Part shown: positions 13,566-23,029 of the stretch, one piece after another
Numbering within the stretch: position 1 is the stretch's first letter
Layout: the number at the start of each line of letters is the position of its first letter
Origin: a candidate division WOR-3 bacterium
Lineage (GTDB): Bacteria > Hydrothermota > Hydrothermia > Hydrothermales > Hydrothermaceae
Direction: 5' to 3'
NCBI GenBank assembly: GCA_039803745.1
Contig: JBDRZD010000009.1
Coordinates: forward strand, 1-36,814
Length of the DNA: 36,814 nt
Notes under the pieces: generated by a model
Seen by the model: the letters and a program-made list of their open reading frames with translations, nothing else
Databases searched by the model: none
What the model was told of the DNA's origin: nothing
Program-made: the position numbers and the translations under genes

Positions 13566-15407
13566 TTAAAATATTTGAAAAACTATAAATCCTATGATTA
13601 TAAAGGCAATCGCTATATAAACAAGGTAATCCTGAACTATTCCTGTCTGTATTACTCTTAAATTTTTTCCGAGTCTTCCTGTTGTATAAGTTACCCAGTT
13701 TACTGTTCCATCAACAACATGTCTATCCCACCATGCTGCAAGGAAAGATAGATTTAGGGCAACTTTTGAATATATCCATTCAGCAATATGATCCATATAA
13801 TATTTTTGATATACAAGGTTATAAACAGGGTATATTTTCCTTGCTGTTTTTTCAGGGGATAATCTATTTGAGTAATAATAAAGATAGGCAAGGAAAAATC
13901 CTGAAATGGCTAAAAGGAAAGATAATAAAGGTAAAATAGGAGAAAAGGAATGATGGGTTTCATGCTCACCTAAAAATTTATAAAGTTCATTTTTATAAAA
14001 CCCTGAAAATATAGAAAATATGGATAAAATTATTAAGGGTATTGTCATTGAATAAGGTGCTTCATGGGCATGTTTTGCTTCTTCCTTTCTTTCTTTTCCT
14101 AAAAATGCTACAAAGAATACCCTTGCCATATAAAAGGCTGTTAAGAATACTCCTATTATTAAAAGGTAAAAGGGAAGTTTAAATTCTGATAAGTATGCTG
14201 CATGAATTATCTCTTCTTTTGAGAAAAATCCTGAAAAAGGAGGAATACCCGAGAGTGCCAAAAGTCCTATTAAAAATGAAAATCCTGTTACCGGCATCCT
14301 TTTTAAAAGTCCACCCATATCCCATATTGAGTTTGAATGAACTGCATGTATTGCACATCCTGCACATAAAAATAAAAGGGCTTTAAAATAAGCATGGGTG
14401 AAAAGATGAAAGAATCCGGCATTTACATTTCCAACTCCAAGCCCTGCCATCATATAACCAAGTTGTGAGATTGTTGAATAGGCTAAAACCCTTTTTATAT
14501 CTTCCTGAACAATTGCCATTGTGGATGCTAAAACTGCTGTAAAGGCACCTATAAAGGCTATTATAAATAATGTTATTTTTGATAAAGAAAATAATGGAAA
14601 TAGTCTTGCAACCATATAAACTCCTGCTGCAACCATTGTTGCTGCATGAATTAAAGCAGATACAGGAGTTGGACCTTCCATTGCATCAGGAAGCCATATA
14701 TGAAGTGGGAATTGTGCAGATTTTCCAACTGCTCCACAGAAAAGTAAGAGTGTCCCAGTTGTTATAATTCCCTGGGAAAATTCTGGAGCTTTTGAAAGTA
14801 AATCTTTAAGTTCAAAGCATCCTGTATGTTTGTATAGATATAAAAGACCAAGCATGAATCCTACATCGCCAAGTCTTGTTGTCCAGAAAGCCTTGACTGC
14901 TGCCTTTGCAGCAGATGGTTTATAAAACCAGAATCCTATTAAAAGGTAAGAACATAATCCAACAAGTTCCCAGAATACAAATAATTCAAGTATGTTTTTT
15001 GAAAGCACTAAGCCCATCATTGAGAATGTAAAAAGGGAATGATATGCATAATATCTTCCAAGTGAAGGAGGGGTCTCATCTTTCATATATCCAAGGGAAT
15101 AAATTTGAACCATTGATGCAACAAGGGCAACAACAAATAGCATTGCACTTGAAAGAGGGTCAACCCATATACCGAATTTGAATGTGAATAATTTTTGAGA
15201 AAGCCACAACCATTCAATAAAATATTCTCCTGGATTTTTATTAAGATGAATAAGAGAAAGTATTGAGAAAAATAAGGAGAGGAAAACACAGGTTATTGAA
15301 AGGTAGGCTGAGATTTTTCCGTATCTCCTTATGAAAAATCCTATTATTATAAATGATAAAAAGGGCAACAAAAAAGAAATAAGTGCATAAATTCCTATCA
15401 TTTTCAC
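13566..15407 (-). CDS. nuoL: NADH-quinone oxidoreductase subunit L
   Basis: WELVGLCSYLLIGFW, GKSAQFPLHIWLPDAMEGPTPVSALIHAATMV, YSTISQLGYM and GFFSKE. Confidence 0.96.
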   Translation of the reverse strand: MKMIGIYALISFLLPFLSFIIIGFFIRRYGKISAYLSITCVFLSLFFSILSLIHLNKNPGEYFIEWLWLSQKLFTFKFGIWVDPLSSAMLFVVALVASMVQIYSLGYMKDETPPSLGRYYAYHSLFTFSMMGLVLSKNILELFVFWELVGLCSYLLIGFWFYKPSAAKAAVKAFWTTRLGDVGFMLGLLYLYKHTGCFELKDLLSKAPEFSQGIITTGTLLLFCGAVGKSAQFPLHIWLPDAMEGPTPVSALIHAATMVAAGVYMVARLFPLFSLSKITLFIIAFIGAFTAVLASTMAIVQEDIKRVLAYSTISQLGYMMAGLGVGNVNAGFFHLFTHAYFKALLFLCAGCAIHAVHSNSIWDMGGLLKRMPVTGFSFLIGLLALSGIPPFSGFFSKEEIIHAAYLSEFKLPFYLLIIGVFLTAFYMARVFFVAFLGKERKEEAKHAHEAPYSMTIPLIILSIFSIFSGFYKNELYKFLGEHETHHSFSPILPLLSFLLAISGFFLAYLYYYSNRLSPEKTARKIYPVYNLVYQKYYMDHIAEWIYSKVALNLSFLAAWWDRHVVDGTVNWVTYTTGRLGKNLRVIQTGIVQDYLVYIAIAFIIIGFIVFQIF

Positions 15408-15706
15408 CCCTTTAAAATATCAACTTCATCAGCCTTTGTTGTTTTTCTTATTCTGTATAAATAAAAAATTATTGCAAAACCAACTGCAACTTCACAAACA
15501 GTTATTGCAATACCAAATAATGGGAAAATGCTTCCTTCAATTTTTCCTAACATTCTTCCAAAGGCTGCAAAATTTAAGTTTGCTGAATTGAACATAAGTT
15601 CAATTGCAATTAATATTCCAAGTGCACTTTTTCTTGTTAGAACCCCAAAAACACCAAGAGAAAACATTATTGCTGAAATTATGAGTATTCCTTTTATTCC
15701 CATCAT
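15404..15706 (-). CDS. nuoK: NADH-quinone oxidoreductase subunit K
   Basis: Three TM helices, IAIELMFN and CEVAVG; ends LKG; operon position. Confidence 0.93.
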   Translation of the reverse strand: MMGIKGILIISAIMFSLGVFGVLTRKSALGILIAIELMFNSANLNFAAFGRMLGKIEGSIFPLFGIAITVCEVAVGFAIIFYLYRIRKTTKADEVDILKG

Positions 15707-16188
15707 TCCCTCCTTGCAATAACTATTCCACCAAAAAGTGCAGCAAGGAGCAAAAGGGAAAGGATTTCAAAGGGTAAAAGGTAATCAGTTTTAAATATTA
15801 AATCAGAGATACTTTTTTGGGTTTCTTGAAAAGTTTCTATTTCAGGAAATTCTGTGACAACTATTACCCATAAAAGGAAAATAAATATTATTGCTGAGAC
15901 AATCCCTCCAAGAAAAATTCTTCTCATCCCTGATTCAATTGGTTTTCCCACATATTCCTTTGCAAGCATGACAACAAATAGTATCAGTACTACTATTCCT
16001 CCTACATAAAGTAAGATTTGAGTCCATCCTAAAAATTCAAATCCGAAGGAAATATAAAAAAAGGCAGTTAAAAATAAAACACAGGCAAGAGAAAGTGCTG
16101 ATTTCATAAGGTCTTTATGAAAAACTGTTAAAATGGAAAATATAAAAATTAAAATTGAAAAAATTATATACAATCCTTTGTTTATCAT
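15703..16188 (-). CDS. nuoJ: NADH-quinone oxidoreductase subunit J
   Basis: QILLYVGGIVVLILFVVML and YLLPFE..SLLLL. Confidence 0.93.
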   Translation of the reverse strand: MINKGLYIIFSILIFIFSILTVFHKDLMKSALSLACVLFLTAFFYISFGFEFLGWTQILLYVGGIVVLILFVVMLAKEYVGKPIESGMRRIFLGGIVSAIIFIFLLWVIVVTEFPEIETFQETQKSISDLIFKTDYLLPFEILSLLLLAALFGGIVIARRE

Positions 16189-16673
16189 TTCTCACCTCCT
16201 GAAACTTTTCTTGGTGGAGTTTGCATTTTCCTTAAAAATTCCCCTGTGCATTCAGATATTAAATCTTTATATTTTTCATAATTTTCAAGCAATTTTTCCT
16301 TTGTCAAAAATAGATTTTCCTTTTTATCTGTTGCCCATCCAAGAGTTCTTATCATAACAATTGCGTCATTTGGGCAAACCTGAACGCAGTATTCACAAAA
16401 AAGGCATGCTGAAAGATTTAATTCGTATTTTTCTGGATACAATCTTCCTTTTTCATTTTTTTCTTTACTTGGTAATACACTTATCACATTTGATGGGCAT
16501 ATCATTTCACACAATTTACAGGCAATACAGTTTATTACACCGTCTTCATCCTTTGTTAAGGCAAAGAGTGGTGCTCTCATTCTTTTGGGCATTTCCCTTT
16601 TTTTATCAGGATACATACATGTTATTGGTTTTCTAAATAAATTTTTTAAGGTTATATAAAGGGCTTTAACCAA
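16185..16673 (-). CDS. nuoI: NADH-quinone oxidoreductase subunit I (2x[4Fe-4S])
   Basis: CIACKLCEMICP and CLFCEYCVQVCP; TTG start with SD AGGAGG. Confidence 0.93.
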   Translation of the reverse strand: MVKALYITLKNLFRKPITCMYPDKKREMPKRMRAPLFALTKDEDGVINCIACKLCEMICPSNVISVLPSKEKNEKGRLYPEKYELNLSACLFCEYCVQVCPNDAIVMIRTLGWATDKKENLFLTKEKLLENYEKYKDLISECTGEFLRKMQTPPRKVSGGEK

Positions 16674-16674
16674 T

Positions 16675-17643
16675 TTATCCTCCTTTTCTTAAAATAATTA
16701 CAAGTCCTGTTAGAAGTAAATTTAAAACACTTAAAGGGAAAAGGAATTTCCATGAAAAACCAAGAAGTTGGTCAATTCTCACTCTTAAATAGGACCATCT
16801 TATCCATAAAAGTATTAAAAACAGGAACAGGGATTTTATTAAGAACCATAAAGGTGATGGTAAAAGAGGACCTTTCCACCCTCCTAAAAACAAAATTGTT
16901 CCAAGTGCTGAAAGTGCTAAAATATGAGCATATTCTGCTGCATAAAATAGTGCAAATTTCATTGAAGAATATTCAACAGTAAAACCTGCAACAAGTTCGC
17001 TTTCTGCCTCTGGTATATCAAAAGGAGTTCTATTTTCTTCTGCAAGTCCTGATAGTAAAAATATTATAAAAGAAATTTGCCCTATAACAGGATATAAAAT
17101 AAACCATATTTTTTGCGCCTTTACAATTTCCTTTGCATTCAAAGAACCTGCAAGTGCACATGGAACAATTATTGAGAATAAAAGTGGTATTTCATAGGAA
17201 ACAATTTGAGCACCACCCCTTATTGCAGATATTAAAGGATATTTTGAGTTTGATGCCCATCCAGCCATAAATGCTCCCATTATGGAAAGAGAAGAAATTG
17301 CTATGAATGTAAGTATTCCAACTGAAATATCAGAAATAACTATATTTTCTGAAAAGGGGAGAACTGCGTAAAGAAGAGTTGCAGAAATTAAAACTACAAA
17401 AGGTGCAAGATTATAAATAAGTTTATCAACATTCTTTGGTGTTATATCTTCCTTTAAAATTAATTTAAGAACATCTGCAAGTGGTTGAAGCCATCCATGT
17501 GGTCTTCCAACATAATAGGGTCCTATCCTTGATTGCATTCTACCTGCAAATTTTCTCTCAATCCATGTGAGGTACGCAACTATTCCAAAAACTATTAAAA
17601 GCACAAATATCCCGTAAATTAAAGAATTAATTAATGCATTCAT
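16675..17643 (-). CDS. nuoH: NADH-quinone oxidoreductase subunit H
   Basis: ERKFAGRMQSRIGP, QPLADVLKL and NRTPFDIPEAESELVAGFTVEYS. Confidence 0.96.
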   Translation of the reverse strand: MNALINSLIYGIFVLLIVFGIVAYLTWIERKFAGRMQSRIGPYYVGRPHGWLQPLADVLKLILKEDITPKNVDKLIYNLAPFVVLISATLLYAVLPFSENIVISDISVGILTFIAISSLSIMGAFMAGWASNSKYPLISAIRGGAQIVSYEIPLLFSIIVPCALAGSLNAKEIVKAQKIWFILYPVIGQISFIIFLLSGLAEENRTPFDIPEAESELVAGFTVEYSSMKFALFYAAEYAHILALSALGTILFLGGWKGPLLPSPLWFLIKSLFLFLILLWIRWSYLRVRIDQLLGFSWKFLFPLSVLNLLLTGLVIILRKGG

Positions 17644-18785
17644 CTGTCCACATCCCCGAATACTGGATCAAGGGAGCCAAGTATTGCAACAACATCTGCA
17701 ATCAAGGCTCCCTTTAAAAGATAAGAAATTACAGACAGGTTATAAAAAGTTGGTGTTCTCAACTTTACTCTATAAGCATTAGCTTTTCCATCAGAAACAA
17801 TATAAACTCCATTTTCCCCTCTTGGTGATTCAACTGCTGCATAAACTTCTCCTTCCTTTAATTTTATCGCTGTCTTAACTTTCACAGGCATCTGTGAATT
17901 TATAGGACCTGAAGGAAGTCCATCTACTGCCTGTCTTAATATCTTAACTGATTCTTTCATCTCTTCCATTCTTACCTTGTATCTTGAATAAACATCACAC
18001 CCATCAAAAGAAGGGATATTGAATTCAAATTTTTCATATGAAGAATAGGGATTTGCCTTTCTCAAATCAAATTTTACTCCTGACCCCCTTAAAACAGGTC
18101 CTGAGCATCCATATTCCATTGCAATTTCCTTTGGTAGAATTCCTATATTTTTTGTTCTTGCGAGAAAAACAGGGTTATTCTCAAGCATATCTTCGTATTC
18201 CTTTAATTTTTTTTCAAAATCATTTAGAAAATTCTTTAAATCTTTATCAAATTCAGGATAAATATCATATCTTACACCACCAAAGCATATTAAATTTGGG
18301 TGCATCCTTGAACCTGTCCATTTTTCAATTATATCCAGTATTTTTTCTCTTTCCCTGAAAGCATATAAAAATATTGTGCTTCCACCACCAAGTGCACCTC
18401 CCATATCAAGACAGAATGTTCCAAGGAAAACAAGGTGTGAGGATATCCTCATGAGTTCTGCACCTATTACTCTTAAATATTCTGCTCTTTCAGGAACTTT
18501 GATATCGGCAAGTTTTTCAATTGCAAGTGCGAAGGGGAATTCATTACTTATTGCTGATAAATAATCATTTCTATCAAGGATAGGTAAGAATTGGACAGGT
18601 GTTAAATTCTCAGCGAGTTTTTCAACCCCCCTATGAAGATAACCAATATGCGGTATTACATCCTTTATTTTCTCTCCCTCAACCTTAATCTGCATTCTGA
18701 AAACACCATGGGATGCAGGATGCTGGGGCCCCATGTTTACCCATAATTCCTCAAATCCATTACCTTCTTTTCTTTCTATTTCCAT
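17640..18785 (-). CDS. nuoD: NADH-quinone oxidoreductase subunit D
   Basis: NMGPQHPASHG, GYLHRGVEK, DRNDY, ESPRGE and C-terminal GDVDR; no NiFe CxxC motifs. Start moved to ATG 18785 (SD GGAGG) from 18812. Confidence 0.95.
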   Translation of the reverse strand: MEIERKEGNGFEELWVNMGPQHPASHGVFRMQIKVEGEKIKDVIPHIGYLHRGVEKLAENLTPVQFLPILDRNDYLSAISNEFPFALAIEKLADIKVPERAEYLRVIGAELMRISSHLVFLGTFCLDMGGALGGGSTIFLYAFREREKILDIIEKWTGSRMHPNLICFGGVRYDIYPEFDKDLKNFLNDFEKKLKEYEDMLENNPVFLARTKNIGILPKEIAMEYGCSGPVLRGSGVKFDLRKANPYSSYEKFEFNIPSFDGCDVYSRYKVRMEEMKESVKILRQAVDGLPSGPINSQMPVKVKTAIKLKEGEVYAAVESPRGENGVYIVSDGKANAYRVKLRTPTFYNLSVISYLLKGALIADVVAILGSLDPVFGDVDR

Positions 18786-18786
18786 T

Positions 18787-19212
18787 TTACCTCCAATTTT
18801 TATAAGGAGCATTAATTGGGAAATCTTTTCTTAAAGGATGTCCTTCATAATCTTCTGGAAGGAGAATCCTTCTTAAATCAGGATGATTTTTAAATTTTAT
18901 CCCAAATAAATCATATATTTCCCTTTCCATCCAGTTTGCACCATTATAGATATCACATAGAGTTTCAATTTCTTCATTTTCTTTTATCTTTGTTTTTAGA
19001 AAAATAATATCTTTTTCTGGAATATTCCTTAAAGCATAAACAATTTCAAAATGCTCTTTAAAATGAACTGCTGTTATAAAAGAAAGAAATCTAAATCCCT
19101 TTTCCTTTAAAAGATTAAAAATTTCTTTTAACTTTTCTTTTTCAAAAAGTAGAAAACCATCTTTTTCAGAAACACCAAAATTATTTTTCAATTCTTCAAA
19201 GAGTTCTTTCAT
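18787..19212 (-). CDS. nuoC: NADH-quinone oxidoreductase subunit C
   Basis: [37 protein letters not shown]. Confidence 0.95.
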   Translation of the reverse strand: MKELFEELKNNFGVSEKDGFLLFEKEKLKEIFNLLKEKGFRFLSFITAVHFKEHFEIVYALRNIPEKDIIFLKTKIKENEEIETLCDIYNGANWMEREIYDLFGIKFKNHPDLRRILLPEDYEGHPLRKDFPINAPYKNWR

Positions 19213-19724
19213 ATCTCCTCCATAATTTTTTTCTTTAAAAGTTCTATACCTTCAATAAGTCCTTCAGGAGTTGGCGGACAACCAGGAATATAAACATCAA
19301 CAGGAATTATTTTATCAACACCAGGAACAACTGAATAGATATTTCTATAAAAATCACCTGATATTGCGCACGAGCCCATTGCAATTACCCATTTAGGATT
19401 TGGCATCTGCTCATAAAGTCTTTTAATAACAGGAGCCATTTTGATTGTAACAGTTCCAGCAACAATCATAAGGTCTGCTTGCCTTGGAGTTGCTCTTAAT
19501 ATTATTCCGAACCTGTCAAGGTCATATCTTGAAGCATATGTGCACATCATTTCAATTGCGCAGCAGGCAAGTCCGAAAGTAAGTGGCCAAATAGAAGATT
19601 TTCTTCCCCATGCAAATAATTTTTTTGTTTGAGTTAATATAATATTTCCACCAGGAAATTTCTGGACAAATTCCCCGAATTTTAAAAAACCATCACCATA
19701 CAATTTTTTTTCATCTATTCCCAT
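19209..19724 (-). CDS. nuoB: NADH-quinone oxidoreductase subunit B
   Basis: [27 protein letters not shown] and PGCPP. Confidence 0.96.
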   Translation of the reverse strand: MGIDEKKLYGDGFLKFGEFVQKFPGGNIILTQTKKLFAWGRKSSIWPLTFGLACCAIEMMCTYASRYDLDRFGIILRATPRQADLMIVAGTVTIKMAPVIKRLYEQMPNPKWVIAMGSCAISGDFYRNIYSVVPGVDKIIPVDVYIPGCPPTPEGLIEGIELLKKKIMEEI

Positions 19725-20068
19725 TTTATAACTCCTTTTACTAAAAGATAAATCCAGCCAAGGAAAAGTATTAAAACAAATAATGCAATTTCAACAAATC
19801 CCTGTATTCCAAGTTCTTTTGGATTCAATGCCCATAAAAGCAAGAATACTCCTTCAACTTCAAAAATGATGAAAGAAATTGCAAGTAGATAAAATCTTAT
19901 ATTATATCTTGACCATGCTTCTTCAGAAACAGGAATTTCTCCACATTCATAGGGATTCAATTTATATTCCTCAGGTACTTTTGGTGCGAGCAATTTTGGA
20001 AGAAAGACTAAAATACACCCAATAAAAAGCACAAGCAGGAAAAATATAAAGAACCCCAGATAATTCAC
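19715..20068 (-). CDS. nuoA: NADH-quinone oxidoreductase subunit A
   Basis: PYECG, FYL.A..FIIFEVE and C-terminal KGVIKWE; GTG start with SD AAGGAG at 20075-20080. Confidence 0.93.
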   Translation of the reverse strand: MNYLGFFIFFLLVLFIGCILVFLPKLLAPKVPEEYKLNPYECGEIPVSEEAWSRYNIRFYLLAISFIIFEVEGVFLLLWALNPKELGIQGFVEIALFVLILFLGWIYLLVKGVIKWE

Positions 20069-20095
20069 AGATTTCTCCTTTTTAAGAAGTTTTTA

Positions 20096-20125
20096 AGTAT
20101 AAAGAATTTTAACTTTTTTAGTCAA
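20096..20125 (-). promoter_or_regulatory. sigma70 promoter of the nuo operon (leadered)
   Basis: TTGACT-N18-TATACT on the minus strand, followed by a short leader with SD. Confidence 0.65.
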
Positions 20126-20128
20126 AAA

Positions 20129-20818
20129 TTAAATCTCTTTTGCTTTTGAAATAAAAAATTTGAACAAATTTAAAAATCTTTTATTATTTTGAGTTAAATA
20201 TTCAATGTGGAATTGGACTCCTAAAAAAAACGGGTGTTCTTTTGATTCAATTGCCTCAATTATTCCATCCTTTGCTTTTGCTGATACAAATAAATTCTTT
20301 CCAACCTTTTTAATTGCCTGATGATGAAAACTATTCACCATAATTTTTTCTTTCTTAAAAACTTCATATAAAATGCTACCCTTTTCTATAATTATTGTAT
20401 GGGTTGGTTCATTTGCAGGTGCACTTTGATAGTGTTCTATTTTCCCTTTTATATCCTGTATTAAACTTCCACCCATTGCAACATTCATAACCTGGCACCC
20501 TCTACATATTCCGAAAACAGGGATTTTCCTTTTAAAACATTCCCTTATAAGTTTTATTTCAAAAACATCTCTCTCAGGTAATGTAAGTTTTGTAAGCTCT
20601 GGTTCCTCCTTAAAAAACTTTGGCAATACATCTCCTCCACCGGATAAAAGGATCCCATTAATTCTTGAAATTATTTCTTCAATATCATTTTTTAAATATG
20701 GAATGATAACAGGGATTCCACCTGCTTTTTTTATTGCCTTTACATACTCTTCATTTAAAAAGAATCTTCCAGATATATTTGAGAAAGAAGGCGTTATACC
20801 TATGAAAGTTTTTTTCAT
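20129..20818 (-). CDS. Peptidase C26 / gamma-glutamyl-gamma-aminobutyrate hydrolase-like class I glutamine amidotransferase
   Basis: LLSGGGDV.P, RD.FE, GICRGCQ, VNSFHHQA and GVQFHIE (Cys-His-Glu triad). Confidence 0.9.
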   Translation of the reverse strand: MKKTFIGITPSFSNISGRFFLNEEYVKAIKKAGGIPVIIPYLKNDIEEIISRINGILLSGGGDVLPKFFKEEPELTKLTLPERDVFEIKLIRECFKRKIPVFGICRGCQVMNVAMGGSLIQDIKGKIEHYQSAPANEPTHTIIIEKGSILYEVFKKEKIMVNSFHHQAIKKVGKNLFVSAKAKDGIIEAIESKEHPFFLGVQFHIEYLTQNNKRFLNLFKFFISKAKEI

Positions 20819-20825
20819 TTGTTAA

Positions 20826-20855
20826 ATTATAATGGAGTATAATTCAGGAATACAA
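20826..20855 (-). promoter_or_regulatory. sigma70 promoter of the C26 hydrolase gene (leaderless)
   Basis: TTGTAT-N18-TATAAT, 7 nt before ATG 20818. Confidence 0.6.
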
Positions 20856-20856
20856 T

Positions 20857-20885
20857 TTGAATTTTTTAATTTTTAAATGTATAAT
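20857..20885 (+). promoter_or_regulatory. sigma70 promoter of the hslU operon (near-leaderless)
   Basis: TTGAAT-N17-TATAAT, 9 nt before ATG 20895. Confidence 0.65.
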
Positions 20886-20894
20886 TATTATCTT

Positions 20895-22214
20895 ATGAAA
20901 GATTATTTAACACCAAAAGAGATTGTAAGAGAACTTGATAAATATATTGTAGGGCAGGAAAAGGCAAAAAGGGTTGTTGCTATTGCATTAAGGAATAGAT
21001 GGAGAAGAAAAAGGGTTGAGGGTAAATTGAAAGAAGAAATTTTTCCATCAAATATACTTATGATAGGTCCAACAGGTGTTGGTAAAACCGAGATTTCAAG
21101 AAGGCTTGCACAACTCACAAAAGCACCTTTTTTAAAAGTTGAAGCAACAAAGTTTACAGAAGTTGGATATGTAGGAAGAGATGTAGAAAGTATGATAAGG
21201 GATCTTGTGGAAATATCGATCAATATGGTAAGGGAAGAAAGGACAAAGGAAGTTGAAGAAAAAGCAAAAGAAATGGCAGATGAAAGAATTCTTGATGTTC
21301 TTGTTCCCTCTTCCCATTTCCCCTATAACCATCTTGCTGAAACAAGAGAAAAATATAAAAGGATGCTTAAAGATGGTGCCCTTGAAGAAAGGGAAATTGA
21401 AATAGAGGTTGAGAAAAAGTTTTTACCCTTTATTGAAGTTGTCTCATCTCAGGGAGTTGAAGCGATGAACCTTGATATTCCACCTGAACTTGAAGATATT
21501 TTCCCAAAGAAAAAACAGAAGAAAAGGATGAAAATTAAAGATGCAAGAAAATATTTTTTTCAGGAAGAGGCAAAGAAATTGATAAATATGGATGAAGTGA
21601 TTCAGGAGGCTTTAAGAAGGGCGCAGGAGGATGGAATAATATTCATAGATGAAATAGATAAAATAGTTAGTAAAGGTGAAACTTTTGGACCTGATGTATC
21701 AAGGGAAGGAGTTCAAAGGGATTTACTTCCTGTTGTTGAAGGGACAACTGTTGTTACAAAATACGGGGTTGTAAAAACTGATCATATTTTATTCATTGCA
21801 GCAGGTGCTTTTTCAAGGTCAAGACCATCAGATTTAATTCCTGAACTTCAGGGAAGATTTCCTATAAGAGTTGAACTTGATCCTCTAACATCTTCTGATT
21901 TTAAAAGAATTTTAGTTGAACCAGAAAATTCTCTTGTTAAACAATTTCAGGCTTTATTTAAGTCAGAAGGGTTTGAACTTATATTTCAAGATAATGCCCT
22001 TGATTTAGTTGCCCATTATGCATATCTTGCAAATCAAAAAACAGAAGATATTGGTGCAAGAAGATTACATACGATAATGAATCTTCTTTTAGAAGAGCCC
22101 CTTTTTGAACTTCCTGATATTGAAGAAAATCCCTTTATTGTTACAAAGGAATTTGTTGAAGAGAAACTTTCAAAAATTGTTGAAGATGTTGAATTATCAA
22201 GGTATATATTATGA
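20895..22214 (+). CDS. hslU: ATP-dependent protease ATPase subunit HslU
   Basis: LTPKEIV.ELDKYIVGQ, GPTGVGKT, GYVG pore loop, DEIDK, PELQGRFPIRVEL, IGARRL and C-terminal LSRYIL. Start set at ATG 20895 because ATG 20877 lies within the promoter. Confidence 0.97.
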   Translation: MKDYLTPKEIVRELDKYIVGQEKAKRVVAIALRNRWRRKRVEGKLKEEIFPSNILMIGPTGVGKTEISRRLAQLTKAPFLKVEATKFTEVGYVGRDVESMIRDLVEISINMVREERTKEVEEKAKEMADERILDVLVPSSHFPYNHLAETREKYKRMLKDGALEEREIEIEVEKKFLPFIEVVSSQGVEAMNLDIPPELEDIFPKKKQKKRMKIKDARKYFFQEEAKKLINMDEVIQEALRRAQEDGIIFIDEIDKIVSKGETFGPDVSREGVQRDLLPVVEGTTVVTKYGVVKTDHILFIAAGAFSRSRPSDLIPELQGRFPIRVELDPLTSSDFKRILVEPENSLVKQFQALFKSEGFELIFQDNALDLVAHYAYLANQKTEDIGARRLHTIMNLLLEEPLFELPDIEENPFIVTKEFVEEKLSKIVEDVELSRYIL

Positions 22215-23029
22215 AAATTAGAAGACCTTATGTTGCAGGAAGTTTTTATCCAGCAAATAAAGATAAACTTAAAAAAATGATTGAAGATTTTTTAAATAAT
22301 GTAAAAGAATATAAAAAGAGAAAAAACTTTTTTGCATTTATTTCTCCTCATGCAGGTTATCCTTATTCAGGCCAGGTGGCTGCTCGTGTTTATAATGAAA
22401 TTGAGGAAATAAAAGATGTAAATAAGATAATTTTACTCGGTGTTTCCCATAACGCAATTTTTGATTATGCAGCAATTGATGGAAATGATGAATGGGAAAC
22501 TCCGCTTGGGAAAGTTTTATGTGATAAAGAAATTATTGAAGAGCTTTTGGAAGAAAAAATTTTTAAAATTGATTCCTCATGCCATGATATAGAGCATTCC
22601 CTTGAAGTTCAGGTTCCTTTTATTCAAGTCGTTAAAAAAGATGTAAGAATTGTTCCAATACTTATTGGAAGTTCTAATTTAAATTTTTTAAGAAAAGTTG
22701 CAGATAAACTTTTTGAAATTTATAATAAAGATAAATTTATACTCATAGCAAGTTCTGATATGTATCATGGATATTCCTATGAAGAATGTGTTAATTATGA
22801 TGAAAGGACAAGAAATATTATACTTGAAATAGACCATGAAAAGTTTTATAAAGCAATTGATAAAGAAGCAATGGCGTGCGGTGCATATGCAATCACAGTT
22901 CTTTTAAGATTCTGTGAACTTTTAAAAGATGTTAAGGCAGAAGTTCTTGACCAAACAAATTCTGCTCGTGTAACTTATTCTTACCATGGTTATGTTGTGG
23001 GTTATCTTTCTATGGGTTTTTATAAATGA
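22211..23029 (+). CDS. MEMO1-family protein (AmmeMemoRadiSam system protein B)
   Basis: R.PYVAGSFYP, PHAGYPYSG, EHSLEVQVPF, ASSDMYH, ACG and VVGY. Confidence 0.92.
   Translation: MKIRRPYVAGSFYPANKDKLKKMIEDFLNNVKEYKKRKNFFAFISPHAGYPYSGQVAARVYNEIEEIKDVNKIILLGVSHNAIFDYAAIDGNDEWETPLGKVLCDKEIIEELLEEKIFKIDSSCHDIEHSLEVQVPFIQVVKKDVRIVPILIGSSNLNFLRKVADKLFEIYNKDKFILIASSDMYHGYSYEECVNYDERTRNIILEIDHEKFYKAIDKEAMACGAYAITVLLRFCELLKDVKAEVLDQTNSARVTYSYHGYVVGYLSMGFYK

Noticed and set aside
13682..19632. Short alternative-frame or antisense ORFs within the nuo genes
   Set aside because: Overlap conserved Nuo subunits and have no recognisable protein features.
17640..19724. Possible group 4 [NiFe]-hydrogenase
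   Set aside because: The large subunit lacks both CxxC Ni-binding motifs (it has DRNDY and DPVFGDVDR), and NuoB has the tandem CC of complex I.
20877..20894. Longer N-terminus of HslU (MYNYYL)
   Set aside because: Overlaps the TATAAT box; family N-termini match a start at 20895.
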